This document shows positions 1 through 8,071 of a stretch of DNA of 48,215 nucleotides, piece after piece. The stretch comes from a virus (Duplodnaviria > Caudoviricetes), in the IMG/VR virus record IMGVR_UViG_3300038393_000577, positions 1 through 48,215 of that record. The stretch is one strand, 5' to 3'. The translations under genes were made by a program, and so were the position numbers. Every line of letters starts with the position of its first letter. The first letter of the stretch is position 1. A model generated the notes under the pieces. It saw only the letters and a list, made by a program, of their open reading frames with translations, made no database searches and was not told the DNA's origin.

Positions 1-159
1 AGAGGATTCTTGGATTTTGCACTCCTGACGGCTAGGCCGAGGGCGGGCTTCTCCTTTTTATTCTTGCCGAATTCGGAGTCGATCTCCATGAAAAGGGCTT
101 CCGCGGCCTTGCGCAAGCGCTCCTTTTCTTCCGGGGATTGCTCAGGCTTCTTATTGGCG
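1..159. repeat. Terminal direct repeat, left copy (probably circular-assembly overlap)
   Basis: Identical to 48057-48215 except A60 versus C48116. Confidence 0.95.
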
Positions 160-176
160 CTGTAGTAGATAGACAT
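1..176 (-). CDS. 5' part of junction-spanning gene (continues into 47705-48056)
   Basis: ATG at 176-174 overlaps the TAA of the upstream ORF. It reads MSIYYSANKKPEQSPEEKERLRKAAEALF, in frame with ORF 47705..48172. Confidence 0.85.
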   Translation of the reverse strand, partial: MSIYYSANKKPEQSPEEKERLRKAAEALFMEIDSEFGKNKKEKPALGLAVRSAKSKNP

Positions 177-325
177 TATTTGGCCTTCCTTTTGAAAGGT
201 TGAAGATGGGGGAACTTTCCGCCCTTGGTAGGCTTCGCCTGGGAAGGTGGCGTGAAGCGAGCTTGTTCAAGTAGAATCTCCCGGAAACCCTTGTACTCCT
301 TCCACAAATCTGACCACTGTGCCAC
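176..325 (-). CDS. Small basic hypothetical protein
   Basis: GTG start after AAGGAG; TAATG coupling to the next gene; 3' part of ORF 176..460. Confidence 0.7.
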   Translation of the reverse strand: MAQWSDLWKEYKGFREILLEQARFTPPSQAKPTKGGKFPHLQPFKRKAK

Positions 326-348
326 TTTATTCACTCCTTCTTGTAGGT

Positions 349-413
349 GAGCAGGATTGCTCGCAGGAGAGGCTCCAGACTTGCGCCTTGAACTCCCCCC
401 TACGCGGAATCCT
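349..413 (-). ncRNA. Intercistronic two-hairpin/pseudoknot module, copy A
   Basis: AGGATT, long stem with GCAA loop, then GAGC-AATCCT-GCTC hairpin, then SD. Confidence 0.65.
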
Positions 414-627
414 ATGCGTAAGTTGTAAGGACTACGTCCTGTGCCTGAATTGCGAAGCAACCATCGCAGAGGAATTCGCCAGTCGCCTCGTCGTAGCTAT
501 TGTCGTGAATCCTGACAAAATCCTCCGGGGAGAGGTTCATGAAATGAGCTGCGAGAGTTACTGCGGGAATGTCCCTTGCGATGCGGTCGCAGCAGGTGCA
601 TACAGGTGTGGGGAAATGTTTTCTCAT
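412..627 (-). CDS. Small Cys-rich, putative zinc-binding protein
   Basis: AAGGAG SD before ATG at 627; CTCC and CDGC motifs. Confidence 0.75.
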   Translation of the reverse strand: MRKHFPTPVCTCCDRIARDIPAVTLAAHFMNLSPEDFVRIHDNSYDEATGEFLCDGCFAIQAQDVVLTTYA

Positions 628-640
628 TTTGATTAGCTCC

Positions 641-994
641 TTACTCGTAGATCGTCCCGTTCCAGGTTCCGTCGAGGTCGTACTGTTGCACTCGGCCACC
701 GTCATCCTCCTGCTGCCAGCCCTTGAGCTCGCCGCGGGGAGAGTATATGTACTGAGGCTCTCTTGGAGCGCTCTCCCGCAGGTACTGATTCCACTCGGCA
801 TTGCGCTTTTCAATGGCCCACTGGTTCCTTTGATATGTCTCGTCGGGAGTCGGCAGGGATTGTGCGAGATGCTGGTGGTAGACCTGAACTACGCGCTGGT
901 CATAGTCCTTCTCGAGTTGCTCCTCGCTCCGGGAGTCAGCCATCGGGAGATTGCAGGCGGAGAGAAATAGTAAAAAGGTTAAGTAAGATTTCAT
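641..994 (-). CDS. Putative lipoprotein or exported protein
   Basis: MKSYLTFLLFLSAC signal with LSAC lipobox; GAGGAG SD. Confidence 0.75.
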   Translation of the reverse strand: MKSYLTFLLFLSACNLPMADSRSEEQLEKDYDQRVVQVYHQHLAQSLPTPDETYQRNQWAIEKRNAEWNQYLRESAPREPQYIYSPRGELKGWQQEDDGGRVQQYDLDGTWNGTIYE

Positions 995-1007
995 TTGGAT
1001 TCTCCTC

Positions 1008-1187
1008 TTAAATCAAGTCGTAAATGTAATCTGGTTCTAGCCCGAACTCTTCGCGGAGAACAGTCTCTGGATCTTCTCCAGCAGCTACACGCTCCCGAGC
1101 TTCTGCTAATTGCTCTTGGGCCTCCTCAAGGGAAAATCCATCTCGGTGAACCAGGGTTTCTATTACCTCATTCTTGTTACTTGCCAT
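1008..1187 (-). CDS. Small acidic phage protein
   Basis: AGGAGG SD before ATG at 1187; C-terminal FGLEPDYIYDL. Confidence 0.8.
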   Translation of the reverse strand: MASNKNEVIETLVHRDGFSLEEAQEQLAEARERVAAGEDPETVLREEFGLEPDYIYDLI

Positions 1188-1243
1188 TATACATCCTCCT
1201 GTAAAAATCAATCGTTGGAATAACGCTACTTTCTTGCCCTATT

Positions 1244-1274
1244 TGTGGCGTTTATATCGGATATAATCCCCACA
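1244..1274. promoter_or_regulatory. 31-bp palindromic site, copy 1
   Basis: TGTGG-cgt-TTATAT-cgg-ATATAA-tcc-CCACA, immediately downstream of the promoter at 1283-1311. Confidence 0.75.
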
Positions 1275-1282
1275 TAAATTCA

Positions 1283-1311
1283 ATCATATCCGCTTCCACC
1301 ACCACTCACAA
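1283..1311 (-). promoter_or_regulatory. Sigma70-type promoter
   Basis: TTGTGA-N17-TATGAT on the minus strand, downstream of a terminator. Confidence 0.55.
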
Positions 1312-1389
1312 GCGTTATTTTCGGGGCTGTGGAAGATAATTTATAAGGGGAACAGGACATTTCCTCTACAAATTTTTCTCCGGGCGAAG

Positions 1390-1420
1390 AAAAAGCCAGT
1401 AGCTTTTAGGAACTGGCTTT
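1390..1420 (-). terminator. Rho-independent terminator
   Basis: AAAGCCAGT...ACTGGCTTT stem followed by a U tract on the minus strand. Confidence 0.75.
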
Positions 1421-1439
1421 CTCGTTTATGGGCTAGATA

Positions 1440-1850
1440 CTAGGCTGCAGGTGCTTCCGGGGCAGGCTCTTCAGCTACAGGCTCCGCAGGCGCTTCTGCT
1501 GGTTCCTCATCGACCGGGGCTGGTTCCTGCGGCAGAGGCTCCGAGATATTCCGAATCTCGTCCGTAATGTTCTGCAGCCTGCCGACTACATCGCTCAGCT
1601 GATCCGGGGTCACCGAACCGCTCGAGGCCAATGCATCGGTCAGCTCCTGGAGCTTGTCCGCCTGGGCAGTCATCAGGGCCTGGACTTGCTCCCGCTCGGC
1701 CCGGACTTCGGCGAGGACTTCATCAGTTTTGTTCATTACGTCTTGTACTGTTGCCATAAGGGTATTGCTCCTTGTGAGAATTTGCGCGAGAAACTCATCC
1801 ATCTTGTTGCTGAGGGCTGAGAACTGTTGCATGAGAAAATAGAACTCCAT
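1440..1850 (-). CDS. Coiled-coil protein with Pro/Ala/Glu-rich tail (alternative start at 1757)
   Basis: 3' part of ORF 1440..2240; GGAG before ATG 1850 and AGGAG before ATG 1757. Confidence 0.7.
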   Translation of the reverse strand: MEFYFLMQQFSALSNKMDEFLAQILTRSNTLMATVQDVMNKTDEVLAEVRAEREQVQALMTAQADKLQELTDALASSGSVTPDQLSDVVGRLQNITDEIRNISEPLPQEPAPVDEEPAEAPAEPVAEEPAPEAPAA

Positions 1851-1938
1851 TTGAGCTCCGAGAGAATTGAGACTGGTTACTAGGTACTGAACGAGCATTA
1901 TTGTTAGATGGTACTGATCCCCTGGTAGTTGCCCGCTG

Positions 1939-1973
1939 AAAAGAGAAAGGGCCAAGATTTTACTCCTGGCCCC
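1939..1973 (-). terminator. Rho-independent terminator
   Basis: GGGCCAGGA-gtaaaa-TCTTGGCCC then TTTCTCTTTT. Confidence 0.75.
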
Positions 1974-1992
1974 GTAGAAACTAGATGACTGT

Positions 1993-2547
1993 TTATACTG
2001 CTTCGCCTTCCAGCTCCAGGTCAATGTCCTCAACCTTCGCGGTCTCGGCGCGTTTCCGGGCTGCTTCGGCGCGAATCTCAGCAATCTTCGCCTTGACTGC
2101 GGCAGCATTGCGCCATGCCTTACGCTTCTCGTCAGTGGCTTTCTCGACAGCCGCTTGCACGACCTCGATCGGGAGGCCCTTGAGAGCGGCCAGAGCCTGG
2201 ACGAGCTCACCGATGTGGGGCTTGCTCTCGCCCGAGCCACGGCTGGCAGTCCACTGGTTATCTTGCAGCTGCTTGATTACCTTGGAAGCTGCGGCCTCGG
2301 CAAACTCGAAGTTGCCCTTGGCGCTTGCAAAAGAATCGCGCACCTTCTGCACCAGACCATGACGGGTCAGGTTGTCTTGCTGTTCCTCGGGCAGTTCCGC
2401 CGGGTTGACCTTCAGCTCGTTGCCATTGCCGAAGGTGAAGTAGATCGTACCGTCATCTCCGGATGAAACCTTGCAAAATTCTACTTTCTTCGGGGCTGCT
2501 ACTTCGTCAACTGCTACTTCGCCGTTCTCTGCATTCTTACGTGCCAT
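1993..2547 (-). CDS. Hypothetical protein, paralog of 9062..9589
   Basis: Own promoter, SD and terminator; shares FTxGNG, HGxxQ+xxD, EVVxAAVEKA, KRKxW and DIDLELE with 9062..9589. Confidence 0.9.
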   Translation of the reverse strand: MARKNAENGEVAVDEVAAPKKVEFCKVSSGDDGTIYFTFGNGNELKVNPAELPEEQQDNLTRHGLVQKVRDSFASAKGNFEFAEAAASKVIKQLQDNQWTASRGSGESKPHIGELVQALAALKGLPIEVVQAAVEKATDEKRKAWRNAAAVKAKIAEIRAEAARKRAETAKVEDIDLELEGEAV

Positions 2548-2628
2548 TTTTGATACTCCTCTAAAAAATTAAAAGACTGGTAAAATGTCTCAGGGGTTAT
2601 CCGTCCCTAATGCCGTATTGCAAATTGT

Positions 2629-2657
2629 ATGATATGAGGGTTAGCTTCCTCTGTCAA
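2629..2657 (-). promoter_or_regulatory. Strong sigma70-type promoter
   Basis: TTGACA-N17-TATCAT. Confidence 0.8.
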
Positions 2658-2726
2658 TAGGAATTTGCGCTTACTGCGGAAAATACCGGGGGATAGCATA
2701 GGGTGAATCAGCTTTCTTTCCGGGGC

Positions 2727-2906
2727 CTATTGAGGCCCTCCTACAGCTGCCGGGGAGGCCATTATCTTCAGCAATGTATGCTGCGTCTGATACTTCTGTC
2801 GGATCGCTTCGCATTGCTCCAGATACTGTGCCCGGGCCTCTTCGAGTTCTTTTGTCTGGGAAAATTTGATTTCCCGTTGGCGCTTGATATAATACTGTGT
2901 AGTCAT
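2727..2906 (-). CDS. Hypothetical protein
   Basis: AAGGAG SD before ATG 2906 (MTTQYYIKR). Confidence 0.7.
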   Translation of the reverse strand: MTTQYYIKRQREIKFSQTKELEEARAQYLEQCEAIRQKYQTQHTLLKIMASPAAVGGPQ

Positions 2907-2972
2907 GGTGAGTCTCCTTGTTATATAGTTAATCGGAACATTTACCATTGCACGTGTGCTGACTTCTGGCAA

Positions 2973-3152
2973 CTAGAGTTTCGCGAGTGGATCGACCGGG
3001 AGATAGTATAGCTCGACGATCTGGGAATTGTGCTTGAAGAAGTACGTATCCCGCAGGGCGATGTACTTCTCGGCCTCTTCCTTCGTCTTGAATACGAGAT
3101 CGCTGTCCCGGTAGTCAGTTGAAGTGACTATCCCGTAGCCGAAGAAGATCAT
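2973..3152 (-). CDS. Hypothetical protein, 59 aa (not in the ORF track)
   Basis: ATGA overlap with the upstream gene; MIFFGYGIVTSTDYRDSDLVFKTKEEAEKYI... Confidence 0.7.
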   Translation of the reverse strand: MIFFGYGIVTSTDYRDSDLVFKTKEEAEKYIALRDTYFFKHNSQIVELYYLPVDPLAKL

Positions 3153-3976
3153 TCGGGAGGCTCCAGGGAGGAAAGATCGGCCTTGAGAGTCTTGAGTTTA
3201 TCTTGAGTCTTATTTATTTCCTCCTTTAGGTTGAGTTCCTTCTGCTTGCGAATAGCTGCAGCTGCAGCCGGGGGTAGCTTCAGGTCAAAGCCATAGTCCC
3301 GGTTGAGCTTGTAATAGGTCTGCTCGTATTGGATCAGATGGTAGATATGGAGCTTCTTCAGAGCAGTGTCTACCTCACGCTCTACCTCCTTCTGGATAAA
3401 GTCCCGAGCTGATTCTAACGAATGAAATGGCCAGATGTAAGTCTCTACACCTGAGCCATCGGAGTAGGCGTTAAACCCCCAGGAGAGTTCCCCTTTGATG
3501 TTGCCGTAGAGGGAGAGGAGGCGCAAGCCGTTTCCGTTTCTGTACCTATCCATTATCTCCATAGCTTCGGAAAAGGGCTTGATGTTGTACTCGCTCCCGT
3601 AGGCTAGGACTAGGTACTTGATTCGCCCGTTGAGGAAGTCCACCACGTGCTGGAGGGCATCCACTCGGGTGATCTGTTTGCCTAGCTCCTGCTGCTTGTA
3701 AGTTGCCTCGCGGAGCTCCTCCTGAATCTTGATGAGTCTGGTGACTCGATCGGAGATCTGTTCGTCTAGCTCCTTTACTCGTTCCACCTTTATGGCAATC
3801 GGAGGAGAGGAATAGATCTCCTGGACGATCTGCGGGACAGTGAAGATGTCCTCCTCCGCGGAATCATGCAGCCGGGAGAGAATGTAGACTAAGTGCCCGC
3901 CGCCTATTACCTGATTGCCGTACTCACACTTCGTCCCATCCCCGAGGTATACGGTATCGCCTTTAGCTATTTTCAT
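3149..3976 (-). CDS. Hypothetical protein with coiled coils
   Basis: 275-aa ORF in an ATGA-coupled gene string. Confidence 0.85.
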   Translation of the reverse strand: MKIAKGDTVYLGDGTKCEYGNQVIGGGHLVYILSRLHDSAEEDIFTVPQIVQEIYSSPPIAIKVERVKELDEQISDRVTRLIKIQEELREATYKQQELGKQITRVDALQHVVDFLNGRIKYLVLAYGSEYNIKPFSEAMEIMDRYRNGNGLRLLSLYGNIKGELSWGFNAYSDGSGVETYIWPFHSLESARDFIQKEVEREVDTALKKLHIYHLIQYEQTYYKLNRDYGFDLKLPPAAAAAIRKQKELNLKEEINKTQDKLKTLKADLSSLEPPE

Positions 3977-4179
3977 TTCTTGTTCTCCTTCTTAAACTGT
4001 TTACATTGCTCAGTATCTCGAACTTCGTGAGTGCGGCAGAGAAGCTCCTTCGCAAGATCATGGTGTCCAGCTGCAGCTGCAGCTTTCGAAGCCTCAAGTG
4101 TTTGAGAATCGCTAATGTGTTCAACGATAGCTGTGCCGCCCATAAATACTGGGAAAATCAGATATACGACTGGGATCAT
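3973..4179 (-). CDS. Hypothetical protein
   Basis: GGAGG SD; 4-nt overlaps on both sides. Confidence 0.7.
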   Translation of the reverse strand: MIPVVYLIFPVFMGGTAIVEHISDSQTLEASKAAAAAGHHDLAKELLCRTHEVRDTEQCKQFKKENKK

Positions 4180-4406
4180 TTTGTACCCTCCTGTTTTGCC
4201 TTCAAAATTGAGTTGTAAGCTTCTGCTGCCGCGTTGTACTCCCTTACTAAAATTCCTACGGGATCAGCTACTTCCTCCTTTCCTTGGGGAAATTTCTGAT
4301 GTAGGTCGTGGATGACTCTTAGTTCCCCGATGAGGTAAGCTGGCCCGAGGAACGCTTCGAGTACCTGTCTTAGGGCGCTTGCATTAACTGTTACTGTTTC
4401 CATCAT
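4176..4406 (-). CDS. Hypothetical protein
   Basis: Coupled ORF in the early operon. Confidence 0.75.
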   Translation of the reverse strand: MMETVTVNASALRQVLEAFLGPAYLIGELRVIHDLHQKFPQGKEEVADPVGILVREYNAAAEAYNSILKAKQEGTK

Positions 4407-4642
4407 TTCTCCGTATATTGTTGATCCGCGAAGTATTCGAGAAATTCTGCGCCGATGCCTGAGACAGTATGGTATGTTATCTCGGGGCGAGTTCCACGAA
4501 CTATGATCTGGGTTTCATTTCCTAGTCTCTGCATGCATAGTGCGCGATGCGTATCTGTTATTTTTACCTCCTTCCACCCATGCTCTTCACAGAACTTTTT
4601 AAATTCCTCCAGCACTTCCTTGGGGAATATTCCTCTTTGCAT
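4403..4642 (-). CDS. Hypothetical protein
   Basis: AGGAGG SD; coupled to the next gene. Confidence 0.75.
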   Translation of the reverse strand: MQRGIFPKEVLEEFKKFCEEHGWKEVKITDTHRALCMQRLGNETQIIVRGTRPEITYHTVSGIGAEFLEYFADQQYTEK

Positions 4643-4672
4643 TTAGTACCTCCTGTTTCCTCTAGAAATTTC

Positions 4673-4705
4673 CTGAGGCTCAGTCTTAGCCGACTGAGCC
4701 TTCAG
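4673..4705. other. Intergenic hairpin without a U tract
   Basis: Perfect 10-bp stem AGGCTCAGTC/GACTGAGCCT. Confidence 0.5.
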
Positions 4706-4725
4706 ACGTTTGACCTTGCTACTTG

Positions 4726-5139
4726 CTACTCGTCGCTCTTTTCTGGTTCTCCGCCGTTCCAGAGCCGGGATAGCTCCTCATTCCCGAGGATGTACTTGTG
4801 GATGCAGCTCTTAGTAAAGGGAGTCAATTGGGAGATTTCCCTGAGAGTCTTCCCGGCGAGAATTCCCTGCCGGATAGTCTCGAAGAAGGGAGCTAGCTTC
4901 TCTTCCCTTTGCGCCTTGTAGCGGGAAGAGATCCGCTCCTTGACAGCCGGGGAGAATGGCTTCTGCTTTCTACGCTGGCGCTCCGGGGACTGGTGACTGG
5001 AGACTGATGACTGCATCCAGGCGGCAAACATCAGCGCCGCGACTGAATCCTGATATCTGTGCTTTTGCTCATTCCAGTTAAATTGCACATAAGGAAATTC
5101 CGCTACAGCCCATAGCTCGAACTGCTGTCTAGTGCTCAT
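4726..5139 (-). CDS. Hypothetical protein with possible C-terminal HTH
   Basis: GKTLREISQLTPFTKSCIHKYI resembles an HTH. Confidence 0.75.
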   Translation of the reverse strand: MSTRQQFELWAVAEFPYVQFNWNEQKHRYQDSVAALMFAAWMQSSVSSHQSPERQRRKQKPFSPAVKERISSRYKAQREEKLAPFFETIRQGILAGKTLREISQLTPFTKSCIHKYILGNEELSRLWNGGEPEKSDE

Positions 5140-5528
5140 CTCTCCTCCAGCGCCGCGCGGAGGTTTTCGAGTGCATCCAGCAATTGCGCTCCGTTATCCC
5201 CATGAGCAATCTTTCTCTGGAATTCTTCATAAACTTCCTCTGCTGCCTTCCTGAGCTTGTCGGACTGAGGAGCGGTGTAGAGCGGTTGCATATGCTTCAG
5301 TTTTCCCGGGAGCAAATTCAGGTTAGGCTTTTGTCTATGGAAACTACTACCCCAATCGGTATTTACAAGCCACGCCACTGGAACAAGCTCCTGCGCTGGC
5401 GGTGTCGGGGCGGCTGCGAGTGCCGAAGTTACTGCGCGTGTTAATTTTTCGGTAGCGTTTCCTCCGGTATACCCGCGCCATGCGGCATCAATCATCTCTT
5501 CTGTAGGCCATCCCTCGGGTATTTTCAT
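5136..5528 (-). CDS. Phage accessory protein (Ead/DUF551-like low-complexity type)
   Basis: PEGWPTEEMIDAA, ALAAAPTPP, PVAW and PLY motifs; ATGA overlap. Confidence 0.75.
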   Translation of the reverse strand: MKIPEGWPTEEMIDAAWRGYTGGNATEKLTRAVTSALAAAPTPPAQELVPVAWLVNTDWGSSFHRQKPNLNLLPGKLKHMQPLYTAPQSDKLRKAAEEVYEEFQRKIAHGDNGAQLLDALENLRAALEER

Positions 5529-5860
5529 TTCTCTGTCTCCTTTTCTTCTGATTCCTGCCGGACTGCCGCAGTCCCGAGAATGTAGATCGTATTTTCTGTT
5601 TCGCAGAGCCTGTAGTCCTGACTCCATTCGATTACCTTTGAAGTAGTCACCCAGGCTCCATCAGTAAAGGCGTGATGCCCCCGGACCTGCCCGAAGAGTC
5701 TGCCATTAGCTATAGACCAATTATTGAGGTCTGCTGTCGGCTTGAAGATTCCCCGGGAAGCTACTGGAGTCAATCCGCGGAGAGTTTGGAGAAGTTCCTC
5801 CTGCTGGCGCCTGATGGCTAGGACTTCTTGCACTATCGCCTGGAATTGTTGATCAGTCAT
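5525..5860 (-). CDS. Phage hypothetical protein
   Basis: LFGQVRGH..DG....TSKV...ETENTIYILG pattern; GGAG SD. Confidence 0.8.
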   Translation of the reverse strand: MTDQQFQAIVQEVLAIRRQQEELLQTLRGLTPVASRGIFKPTADLNNWSIANGRLFGQVRGHHAFTDGAWVTTSKVIEWSQDYRLCETENTIYILGTAAVRQESEEKETEK

Positions 5861-6036
5861 TTCGTATGCTCCTCTTGTATTGCCAGCGTGACGTTCTTCC
5901 ACTGTGACATATTCAAATTGATATAGGATTTTGCTTCATCTGAAAGTGGAAATATTCGCACAGTTGTTTGCACTCCACCTCCGATATTTACAGCTGCTCC
6001 GTAGTCTGAGACAATTACTGCTAGCTTTATTTCCAT
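5857..6036 (-). CDS. Hypothetical protein
   Basis: 3' part of ORF 5857..6516; AAAGGA before ATG 6036. Confidence 0.65.
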   Translation of the reverse strand: MEIKLAVIVSDYGAAVNIGGGVQTTVRIFPLSDEAKSYINLNMSQWKNVTLAIQEEHTK

Positions 6037-6038
6037 TT

Positions 6039-6368
6039 CTATTTTCCTTTTCTGATGGCTATTGACTTCCGCTTGCCCCCGCGCCAGCCGCCTACTTTTA
6101 TATAGAGGGAAGCTAGCTTTTTGAGCTCGGGATCGGCCTGGACATCGTTCCAGATGCAGCAAGAACTGACGCCTAGTTTCTTGGCGATGTAGGGGTAGCT
6201 GCGGTGCTCCTTCAGCAATTTGACTAGCTCCTCGCGCTGAGCCCGTTGCCGGGCTAGTTTTCTTGCCTTGAGGACTCCTCCACCGAGGGCTCCCTTTTCC
6301 TCGGGAGTGTATTTCTTTTCGTAAAGGGGATTGACTGTTGTCTGGAGCATGGAGAGAAGGGAGCTCAT
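6039..6368 (-). CDS. HTH DNA-binding protein
   Basis: SYPYIAKKLGVSSCCIWND HTH pattern; basic protein. Confidence 0.75.
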   Translation of the reverse strand: MSSLLSMLQTTVNPLYEKKYTPEEKGALGGGVLKARKLARQRAQREELVKLLKEHRSYPYIAKKLGVSSCCIWNDVQADPELKKLASLYIKVGGWRGGKRKSIAIRKGK

Positions 6369-6829
6369 TTAAATTCGCCTCCGTCGATGTCAGATAGGTA
6401 TTCTGTTTTACTAGTTCCCTCTGCCCGAAGTCTACGCAGATGCCAATCTCCGTTTGGACCCTTGAGCTTTTCCAATTGCTCCTCCAGCTCAGCAATCCGT
6501 TTGTCTCGGGGATCATCTTTATGCTCCCCCTTGACTATTTGCTCGAGGTCAGTTTTAAGCACAAGAAACTCCTCCCGAATTGCCTCGAGATGTTCCTTCA
6601 TACTGTCATCCGCCTGGAGCATATCCCGGAGAGTCTTAGGCTGCAACGCTGTCAGCTCATCGACTACTGCCTGGAGATCATGTCTCCAGCGATCTATTCC
6701 GTTATATGGCTGATAAAAAAAGATAAAACGATCAAGAGCTGATGCGACTTCCCTTCTTACCTTATCATTGGCTTCGGAAGCATCCGGGAGAACGTATCTG
6801 GTTTCTGGTGTCTGATTGTCTGGTGTCAT
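6365..6829 (-). CDS. Coiled-coil hypothetical protein
   Basis: Coupled ORF; KRIAELEEQLEKL heptads. Confidence 0.8.
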   Translation of the reverse strand: MTPDNQTPETRYVLPDASEANDKVRREVASALDRFIFFYQPYNGIDRWRHDLQAVVDELTALQPKTLRDMLQADDSMKEHLEAIREEFLVLKTDLEQIVKGEHKDDPRDKRIAELEEQLEKLKGPNGDWHLRRLRAEGTSKTEYLSDIDGGEFK

Positions 6830-7278
6830 TTCTTCTTATCCTTCATAAAGCTATTGACCAAATCATCTTGCGTTGGGCCAGTCGGAGGAGCAATAGGCTT
6901 GTGGCTGACAGTCTGGTGGCTGATTACTGGTGACTGTGGCTCCGGGTGGATGATCGGCGGGAGCTGATTCTTCATCAGATGCTTATTCAAAGTTTCCTGC
7001 AAAGAGAGGCTCTCGTCTGTCGTGTCTCGGGATTTTATAATCAGAACATTGTCTCGCACGCAGAACATCAGTCCCGCGGCCTGTTCTCCCAATTGTCTCT
7101 CGACCATTGAGTTACTTCTATTGCAAGCCTTAATAAAGTCATAGAGGGAAAAGCGCAGTAATTCCGCGGCCTTCTTACTGTCGCATTGATGCGCAATCTC
7201 ATTCCCCGTGGACGCGACAGTCTCTATCAAATGTGAGTAGACTGTGGGGTAGCCTGAGGGCTTTCTAGGTCTTGGCAT
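6826..7278 (-). CDS. Hypothetical protein, first gene of its operon
   Basis: AGGAG SD; promoter upstream. Confidence 0.85.
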   Translation of the reverse strand: MPRPRKPSGYPTVYSHLIETVASTGNEIAHQCDSKKAAELLRFSLYDFIKACNRSNSMVERQLGEQAAGLMFCVRDNVLIIKSRDTTDESLSLQETLNKHLMKNQLPPIIHPEPQSPVISHQTVSHKPIAPPTGPTQDDLVNSFMKDKKK

Positions 7279-7337
7279 GATGACTCCTGGGTAAATTGTC
7301 TATAGGATGTAGGTCTAAATTGCGATGTTGCCGTGCA

Positions 7338-7367
7338 ATTATGCGTATCCACCCCGGTTACTGTCAA
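7338..7367 (-). promoter_or_regulatory. Sigma70-type promoter
   Basis: TTGACA-N18-CATAAT. Confidence 0.7.
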
Positions 7368-7416
7368 GCCCTTATTTGGGAGTCTATTAACCTAAATTAC
7401 CAGTTGGATCTAGGTA

Positions 7417-7747
7417 CCTATGTAGCCTCGTATATTACCTCCTATGTAGCCTCCTATATTGCTGTAGGATGGTTGATTGGGGGGGTGTCCGGGTGGATAC
7501 TTATTGTAGCGATTATATTAGATATATTGTAGACATATATATATACTTCTAAGCTATTATATATAAATAGCTTAAGATATATATTAAGAAGAGAAAAATA
7601 AAAAAAAAAAAAAACTGAGACTTCCGCATATAGTCTTTAACTATCTCTTTTTGTAGACACTATATCCCCACCCGTATGTGTCCCCCAATAACGTTCCAAC
7701 AGTAATATAGGAGGCGATGTAGGAGGTAAATTAGGAGGCTATATGGG
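7417..7747. repeat. Large imperfect inverted repeat built from 12-bp units around an AT-rich core; candidate replication origin
   Basis: 7417-7499 pairs with 7663-7747; CTATGTAGCCTC-type units on the left, TAGGAGG-N5 units on the right; core has a TA run and a poly(A) tract. Confidence 0.75.
7505..7535. promoter_or_regulatory. 31-bp palindromic site, copy 2 (one degenerate arm)
   Basis: TGTAG-cga-TTATAT-tag-ATATAT-tgt-AGACA; an additional half-site at 7652-7666. Confidence 0.65.
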
Positions 7748-7910
7748 GAGCGATCTCCCCGTAGGAAATTTAGAAGGTAATATTCCCTACTTGGAGGCTA
7801 CAGCTAGAGGAGGCGAGGAAAGGTATCTAGGGGAGGTGTCTGGGGGATGGGACAATAGGGAATGAAAACTATAGGGGTAGGATGATTGGAAATTGGCGGG
7901 GTACGGTTAT

Positions 7911-7993
7911 GCCTAGTGCCTACCGATCGACGAAATTGGCCTATTGGATTAACGCCCTAGTGCCATTCCCCGCGACATGCCCTAGTGCATTCC
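7911..7993 (+). repeat. Three direct copies of CCTAGTGC
   Basis: At about 7912, 7956 and 7981; the last two extend with (C)ATTCC. Confidence 0.6.
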
Positions 7994-8071
7994 GCACCCG
8001 CCCGCCCGTAGATTCCCATCACCTGAGCCACCAGATCAACTGAGTAATTAAAAAGAGGGAAAATGAAGCGC

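Noticed and set aside
1244-1274. XerCD dif site or integrase att site
   Set aside because: Does not match the 11-6-11 dif layout or the XerD arm TTATGTTAAAT, and no recombinase gene was found
1851-2240. N-terminal extension of ORF 1440..2240
   Set aside because: Overlaps gene 1993..2547 in another frame and crosses a terminator; better starts exist at 1850 and 1757
7296-7532. ORF with YVAS/YITS repeats
   Set aside because: By-product of the 12-bp DNA repeats; no SD; overlaps a promoter on the opposite strand
7417-7747. CRISPR array or mini-array
   Set aside because: Units are 12 bp, contiguous and degenerate, with no unique spacers
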